Shown: positions 18,563 to 21,476 of the stretch, piece by piece | Numbering within the stretch: position 1 is the stretch's first letter | Layout of the letters: every line of letters begins with the position of its first letter | DNA from: Promethearchaeota archaeon | GTDB taxonomy: Archaea; Asgardarchaeota; Lokiarchaeia; Sigyniarchaeales; SOKP01 | Assembly: GCA_029838195.1 (NCBI GenBank) | Contig: JALGVJ010000059.1 | Location: 1-21,476 of the forward strand | Reading direction: 5' to 3' | Length of the DNA stretch: 21,476 bases | The notes under the pieces: generated by a model | What the model was told of the DNA's origin: nothing | What the model saw: the letters and a program-made list of their open reading frames with translations, nothing else | Database searches by the model: none | Made by a program: the position numbers and the translations under genes

Positions 18563-18787
18563 GAAGGCGATAAACTTCAGATACGTGTCTTTAAACACAT
18601 TTCTGAACCCGTGGATTCTATTAATCTAAGTTCACAAAACGCGCATTTTTACCACGACGAAGGGCGTGGATTTTTATTCGGTTTTTCCCGCGGTTGCCGT
18701 TAAGGATGGATTTTAGATTCTTTTACCGGACTACATGCGAGAGCCGACAAATCTGCGAATGCTATAATCTCAATTTTTGTCGCCCTC
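18563..18787. other. GC-richer, hairpin-rich non-coding element (MITE-like or structured RNA)
   Basis: Ends GAAGGCGATAAA and (reverse complement) GAGGGCGACAAA match 10/12. Internal hairpins at 18576-18607, 18652-18669 and 18739-18787. Confidence 0.45.
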
Positions 18788-18882
18788 AAAGTTAAAAGAT
18801 TTAAAAAGCAAGCAAAATTATAAACTTAAAAATACCCTCATTTGAATCAGACAAAAACATAAAAAGCATTATTTAAGAAATT

Positions 18883-19923
18883 TTATAATAATTTTTTTTT
18901 AGCAATAAGAAAAATCCCAGAAATGATAAGATCATGTTTATTTTTCATTTTAAAAGGCATTTTAAGCCTATTTTGAAAATTCTCTAGAAGTTTAAGGGAA
19001 TTTTTAACTTTTTTCTCATTAGAATTTAAATTTTCTCTAAAAGGAGTAAATTCTTCTTGCATCCCAATAATTGAGGTTATTAATATTTTGTAATCATAAT
19101 TTATCTCAACCATTTTATTACGGTAATAATCAATTAGTTTACGATTAGGCGTGTTTAGATTTTTTCTAATTATTTTATAAATGAGATGAGGAACAGTTAA
19201 GAACGTCAAAGGATGCAATTTAACTCCACTAAACATTTCATGATCCCTTAAATCAATTCGATGTATCATCCATCCGCCTGGTTTTAAAATCTTATCCATT
19301 TCTAAAAAAGCTTTATCTAAATCATCGACGTGTTCTAAAACTGCATTTGAAACGATAACGTCAAAAGCTTTATCAATATTTAAAAAATTTAGATTTTCTA
19401 CTCCCACACCATAAATGTAATTGAGTTTTTTTTTATTTAATTGAATTTCGTTTTCAAAATTTATCGTATTCTCGATTAATTTTTGCTGTTTCTTATTTAA
19501 ATCTCTTTTTAATTTATCATATAATGTTTGCTCTTTTTTTCTTTCCCTAATGATATAATACTTATCTATTGTAAGAACGAATTCCGCTTCTTGGGAAATA
19601 AATTTAAGTGCGATTCCTAAGTTATCACCCGTTCCTATTTCAAGGATGCGTTTATCTCGAAATAGATCCGTTGAATTTGGAATATACTTTATATAATCTT
19701 CATAGACTCTATTTATATGATTGATGGTCGCATCGATATTATAATGATTTAGGATTTGATGATATTTCACTCTTCCCCTTTTTAACTTATAGTTAATAGT
19801 TAAGATTAGGCCTTTAAGAATGAAACAAATACAAAGGATATATTTGATAATCGTATGAAATTCATTCACTTTTATACAATTAATGAGTTCACTTATGTAT
19901 TTTACAAATATTTTTTGTTTCAT
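18883..19923 (-). CDS. Class I SAM-dependent methyltransferase (Methyltransf_11-like)
   Basis: RILEIGTGD motif I; FDVIVSNAVLEHV; ILKPGGWMIHRIDLRDH. Confidence 0.85.
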   Translation of the reverse strand: MKQKIFVKYISELINCIKVNEFHTIIKYILCICFILKGLILTINYKLKRGRVKYHQILNHYNIDATINHINRVYEDYIKYIPNSTDLFRDKRILEIGTGDNLGIALKFISQEAEFVLTIDKYYIIRERKKEQTLYDKLKRDLNKKQQKLIENTINFENEIQLNKKKLNYIYGVGVENLNFLNIDKAFDVIVSNAVLEHVDDLDKAFLEMDKILKPGGWMIHRIDLRDHEMFSGVKLHPLTFLTVPHLIYKIIRKNLNTPNRKLIDYYRNKMVEINYDYKILITSIIGMQEEFTPFRENLNSNEKKVKNSLKLLENFQNRLKMPFKMKNKHDLIISGIFLIAKKKLL

Positions 19924-20063
19924 TCTTCAATATCATATTATTCTTTAGAATTAAATATTTTTTATAAATTCAAAAAAATAAAGAGTATTTATGCTTACAT
20001 GAATTTAAAAGGATTTTTTTTCAATCCAAGGAGGAGCACGTGATCTTTTAGTTCTAAATCATT

Positions 20064-20147
20064 AATACATAACTCAATTTCCTTTCTTTAAAGTTCTAAA
20101 TTCAGAATACATAACTCAATTTCCTTTCTTTAAAGTTCTAAATTCAG
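20064..20147. repeat. Perfect 42-bp tandem duplication
   Basis: aatacataactcaatttcctttctttaaagttctaaattcag at 20064-20105 and 20106-20147. Confidence 0.92.
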
Positions 20148-20422
20148 ATGTTTTTATATTTCCTTCCTTGTATGAAGGATTTGGGTTAATTTTATTAGAA
20201 GCTTTAGCATGTGAAATCCCTATAATATCTTTTAATTGTGAAACGGCCCCAAAAGAAATTTTAAAAAATAGGCAATATAGTATTTTAGTAAAAGGGGGAG
20301 ATATTAATGCATTAGCTGAAAAAATGATACTTCTGGCAACCGATAAAGAGTTAAGGAAAAAATATACAAGAAATTTGAGAGAAAGAGCGTTAGAATTTGA
20401 TATAAATAAAATAAAGAATTGA
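20108..20422 (+). pseudogene. GT4 glycosyltransferase C-terminal fragment
   Basis: NSDVFIFPSLYEGFGLILLEALACEIPII...GDINALAEKMI; no N-terminal domain upstream. Confidence 0.85.
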
Positions 20423-20459
20423 AAAAATACAAAAAATAAAGAATTGAAAAAATACAAAA
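20408..20459. repeat. 25-bp tandem duplication
   Basis: aaaataaagaattgaaaaaatacaa at 20408-20432 and 20433-20457. Confidence 0.85.
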
Positions 20460-20494
20460 CTTAAGAATAATATTTTTCCATATTCATATTTAAG

Positions 20495-20800
20495 TCAAAA
20501 TGAGTTAAATGCCTTAAATATTGGTAGTAAAAATTTAAACCTATATATACAAAAATATTTAAAATGGTTATTTCCAATTAAAATTAATTTTGCTCTGGGA
20601 ACTTGTTCTTTAACTTTTGAGAAAGCTTTGATCAAGGTTCCGTGCTCCTTTCCTAGCCGAATATTACTAACATTGATATAATTAATAGTTCCTTTCTCTT
20701 TTTTAATTAAGGATCCTTCTTCCAAGGCCTTTAATTTAAGTTCATCATTACTATTGGAAAAAGCATCGCGATTTTGTTATATCCATCAATCTTACCCTTT
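20495..20800 (-). pseudogene. GT4 glycosyltransferase central fragment
   Basis: INYINVSNIRLGKEHGTLIKAFSKVKEQVPRAKLILIG is a degenerate version of the GT4 INVGRLxxEKGxxxLIKAF...AKLILIG segment. Confidence 0.7.
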
Positions 20801-20856
20801 TTTTAGATCCCCTGCTCTACTTGTGTACGTTGAATTTATTCTTTGATATCCTTTAT

Positions 20857-21272
20857 ATGATTGCGGTATTGATCCTCTCTAAAAATGAATTCACAGTGAA
20901 TAAAATAAGTATTATCAAAGCACGAGAATATCTAAAATATATTAAATCTAGAAAATTACAATCTCTTTCCGCATGCTTTTTTTTTCCACTTGCATTAATT
21001 GCGTTTATATATGGAGTAGAACTATATGGGATTGACTCTCGTTATGGCCTTGGTACCGATTATAATTTGTTTGATATAATAATCTTTCTTATCTCATCTT
21101 TTGGTTCTTCTTTAGGAATTATTTTTTTATTCCTTCCTATAGGTGTTATTGTTGATTTATATCAAGTGATCTACCAGTTGGAATTAATTAAAATACCAAT
21201 AAAGAACATTAAGAAAAAACAGATTAAAAATTATAATAACTTCACGAAAAATACAATTTTTTATTATTTAAC
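20857..21272 (+). CDS. Hypothetical membrane protein, abutting or interrupted by the IS630 copy
   Basis: Two hydrophobic helices (ACFFFPLALIAFIYGV; IIIFLISSFGSSLGIIFLFLPIGVIV). The ORF continues into IS sequence from 21273, so the last ~33 codons of the 183-aa ORF are IS-derived. Confidence 0.4.
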
Positions 21273-21476
21273 TATTTATGATGAACTAAATAACTTCGTA
21301 AAATTGCACAGCGTTTTAATTTCCGTGGATGTATATTTATATTTTCTAATAAATTTAAAGAGTGCCCGTTGAAATTCCTTAAACGTGCTAAAAAAAGTAT
21401 CATGGGTGACTTTTTTACGTAAAAACTTCCAAAACCACTCCATTGGATTCATGTCGGGAGAATATGGGGGTAAAAA
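21273..21476 (-). mobile_element. IS630-family insertion sequence, 3' end (second, inverted copy)
   Basis: Reverse complement of 1-204 with 3 substitutions; stop at 21276-21278; TA at 21273-21274. Confidence 0.92.

Noticed and set aside
18563-18787. SECIS, tRNA, SRP RNA, RNase P RNA or group II intron identity for the hairpin element
   Set aside because: No in-frame UGA selenoprotein nearby, and none of the diagnostic motifs (T-loop, GAGGAAAGUCC, domain V) was seen.
18188-20457. ORFs 18188..18385, 19855..20043 and 20116..20457
   Set aside because: Low-complexity AT-rich frames, overlapping or antisense to a real gene or to relics.
1-21476. Linear plasmid or virus with terminal inverted repeats
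   Set aside because: The terminal repeats are mid-gene IS630 transposase sequence with mismatches, and there are no replication or virion genes.

Overview
This is a very AT-rich 21.5-kb window, probably from an Asgard archaeon (Lokiarchaeia-like). That assignment is an inference from the ubiquitin-system-type gene and the archaeal-style gene content. Both ends are the 3' ends of two near-identical IS630-family transposase copies in inverted orientation: 204 bp each, 3 mismatches, each ending at a TA. Between them, left to right, are five blocks. (i) A secreted 8-repeat beta-propeller-like surface protein with near-identical 165-bp repeats and hypervariable codons. (ii) A surface-glycan biosynthesis cluster: FkbM methyltransferase, three paralogous GT4s, an AlkP-superfamily enzyme, a SAM methyltransferase, a Wzx-type flippase, an FrhB-like Fe-S oxidoreductase fused to a polysaccharide pyruvyltransferase, and a GT2. 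(iii) A gene, broken by an apparent ~50-nt deletion, encoding four tandem Cys-less E2-like (UEV/RWD) domains plus a C4HC3 RING, i.e. a FANCL-like E3-ligase architecture. (iv) An MNT-HEPN toxin-antitoxin pair whose toxin has been inactivated several times over. (v) A decaying right arm with GT4 relics, local tandem duplications, one intact methyltransferase and a ~225-bp hairpin-rich element. All calls come from reading motifs by eye; no searches were run.
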